This document shows, one piece after another, positions 59,516 through 64,000 of a stretch of DNA of 64,000 bases. The stretch is from Felis catus (taxonomy: Eukaryota), in assembly GCF_018350175.1 (NCBI RefSeq), contig NC_058369.1:620001-684000 (forward strand). Reading direction: 5' to 3'. The number at the start of each line of letters is the position of its first letter. Within the stretch, counting starts at the first letter, position 1. Under the pieces are notes generated by a model that was not told where the DNA came from, did not search any database, and worked only from the letters and a program-made list of their open reading frames with translations. Made by a program: the position numbers and the translations under genes.

Positions 59516-60314
59516 CAAATCTGAGTCTGGCTTGGGACGCGGCCAGGGAGCTTGGGTGGGAAAGGGGTTCGGGGGAGTCTGCTGGAGAAAAGCCTCTTTG
59601 CCCTTGTTCAGGGCACAAGCCGGCCCCAAGCCGGGAAGACCACCCGGTTCTTTGTTGTCCCCTTGGGCAGTTCTCTCAGGTTCTGAGGGGCACAGGCTCC
59701 CTCATCGGAGGCAGGCACCTCTCTCCCAGGGTCTTGGCGCAGTGGCCCCCAGAGCCTCCCACCTGTGCTGCTTGCAGGGCGAGCTTGCTTCCTGAGCTGC
59801 TTGCCTTCCGCCCCCCTCTAGGGATGCAGAGCACTAGGGCTGACCCTTGGTTCCACTGCCTTCGGCCCTCCGTGGCTCCCCTCCACTGTCAGTAGTGGGG
59901 GTTGGGGGGGGGTGGGAGGATGGTGGCGGGGCGGCCTAGGTGCCCACGGTTCTCCCACCGGTGGGAGCCTCTGGCGCCTCCCAGGGTGAGAGCCCCTGGA
60001 GTTCCTGGGGCCCTGGCTGGGACTGAGGGCCTGGAGAGCACTGGGCCAGGCCGCCCTGCGTGGCGCGGCTTCGTCCCCCACGAGGGTCCTGGACACCACC
60101 GTGCCTTCAGGAAAGCTGCCCTCCCCCCCCCCCCCCCCAGGTGTGGGCTCCGGGGCGGGGCCTGCAGCCGGAGGTGCGCGCGCAGCCCGGGCTGGGCACC
60201 GTGGGCCACGCCCACGACCGCCGGGGTTAGGCGAGGTGGGGGCGGGGCGCTCGCGAGAGCTAAGCCCCACCCCCGCGAGCCATTGGCTGGGGCCGCCCCC
60301 ACGCCGGTGAGTGA

Positions 60315-62373
<2,059 letters not shown>

Positions 62374-64000
62374 TGCTCAGGTCAGGGAGGCAGCGTTGCC
62401 AGAAGCTCCGGGGAGAGGACAAGAGACGGAACCGGCTCCCTAGCGTCTGGCGTGCCCCACTGACCGCCTGCCGGCTGTGACGCAGACTCCGCGAGCTCGC
62501 GTGGGTCCTGCCTAGCTCGCCTACTCTGCCCGAGGCCGCCTTGGCCCTTCGCCCAGACAGGACTGTCGAGGATGCTGGGTGGGAACCGGAGAGGCCCTGG
62601 AGGCCTTACACAGGACCTTGAGACTGGTGGGGCCGTGACTTGTGCCGTTCGCCCTCCTCTGTGGGGTGAGGCAGCCCCCAGCTACAGCCTGCCGGGGGTG
62701 GGGAGAGGGGGGCCGGGCGGCCTGAGCGGCCTGTCTGGAAGCATCTTCCCACCGGGCTGGAGACAATAAAGGCGGCGGTGGTTCTGTGGCCGGCGCTCAT
62801 CTGTGCGTGGGGCCCGACCCTGGGTGCTAACTCGTAAGCGGTGGGTGGGCAACAGAGCGGGGCTCCGTCTGGGTCCCCGACCTCCCACCTGTGACCAAGC
62901 TGGGCTTCTCTGGACTTGCCCCCAGCTGCCCGAAGGCCCAGTGAGGAATCCTACGAGGTAGACGGAGAGAAGGGGGAGACGTGCGCTCACCTGCTGGGGT
63001 AAAGGCCCAGAGAGAACTCCTGTTCCCGTGTCACAGTCCTTGCTCGGGCTCCCTGCTCTGTGCCACCTTAAACCCGGAGCCCTGCAGGTGCCACGTCCTC
63101 TGGTGTCCCCACCTGACCCTGCTCATGGCACCAGCACCTCCGGGGGTGTTTCCCAAGGAGCGCCGTCAGTAGCGAATGGGGCCGGAGCGTCCTGCAGCCT
63201 CAGGACCCCTGTGCCTCCCGTGCCCTTCCCGCCGTCAGGCTCCTGCGGAGGCACTGACGCACCTGAGTTCCCACCCCCGGCGAGGAGTTTGGTGGGTTTC
63301 GCTTCGGGCCTCGTCTTTCCTCGAGAGCTGCTCTTTCTGGGTGGATTCCAGTTGTGGCCTGACACCCCGACCCTCTTCAGTTTGGTGGTGGAGAGTCAGA
63401 GGGGAGGGGCTGGCCAGCGGCTGCCCAGCCTGAGGTCGGGGCCGCCCGTTGGCCAGACTTGCCACAGCCGTGTCGTCGTGAGGAGGAGCTGCCACCAGGT
63501 GGCAGCCTCGTGCCGTCCGGCGTCCCCTGCTGGCCCGCAGAGGGTTGGGTGGGAGGGAGGTGGAACCAAGCTGTTGTACCGGTGGGCTCTCCGTGTCCCC
63601 TGCTTCATCCTGAGCCCTGCCTTGTCCCCGTGTCCATGGTGGCGTGGACTGAGCCTGCTGCCTACTAGGGATCTGTCGGCTCTTGGGCCCGTCCACCGCT
63701 CAGGGCAGCTGGCCCGCCCTACCACGCCAAGCCTGCATCCCTGCCTGCTGCCAGGGCATAGAGAAGCCATTTCCATCATGTCAGCTGGCCAGCCTTCTCT
63801 CCAGCTGGGGTGTTCTGCTTAGGTCCCTAGTCTGCTTCCCTAAATATCTCTCTCGGCCTTCCCACACTCCAAATCTCACGTTTCACCCTTCTCCTGTGCT
63901 GACCAGTTGCCGCCTCCAGGAAGTCCTCCCTGACTGCTCCTCCCATGCTGTTCTTTGGGAGGGTCCCGCACTGAGGGCCCAGCAGGTCCTCTGGGGAAGG

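Noticed and set aside
62800-64000. Possible start of EFNA2, the next gene in the human order
   Set aside because: No ephrin-like coding sequence or CpG-island promoter seen before the window ends.

Overview
GC-rich mammalian genomic DNA, orthologous in gene order to human 19p13.3. It carries six intron-containing genes: STK11/LKB1 (+), CBARP (-), ATP5F1D (+), MIDN (+), CIRBP (+) and FAM174C (+). Carnivore SINEs, one of feliform type with a 14-bp target-site duplication, indicate a cat-like carnivore. I rebuilt every coding exon by hand from splice sites, and all six reading frames close in phase. There are three assembly gaps (37760-37890, 46916-47064, 58313-58444). I see no RNA gene, CRISPR array or new protein-coding gene; most long ORFs in the track are GC-rich shadows. 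The most interesting signals are in splicing logic: (1) a CBARP exon extension whose stop codon sits inside a second, in-frame donor, allowing three proteins; (2) two exon-like blocks downstream of CIRBP that would create an immediate premature stop and an NMD target; (3) a 3n-length CIRBP last intron with a single stop that can be bypassed; (4) the STK11 AT-AC minor intron and short-isoform exon. Also notable are GC-converted L1 relics that are near-identical to each other, and an orphan promoter-like CpG island between MIDN and CIRBP. Comparisons with human or mouse are from memory and need alignment.
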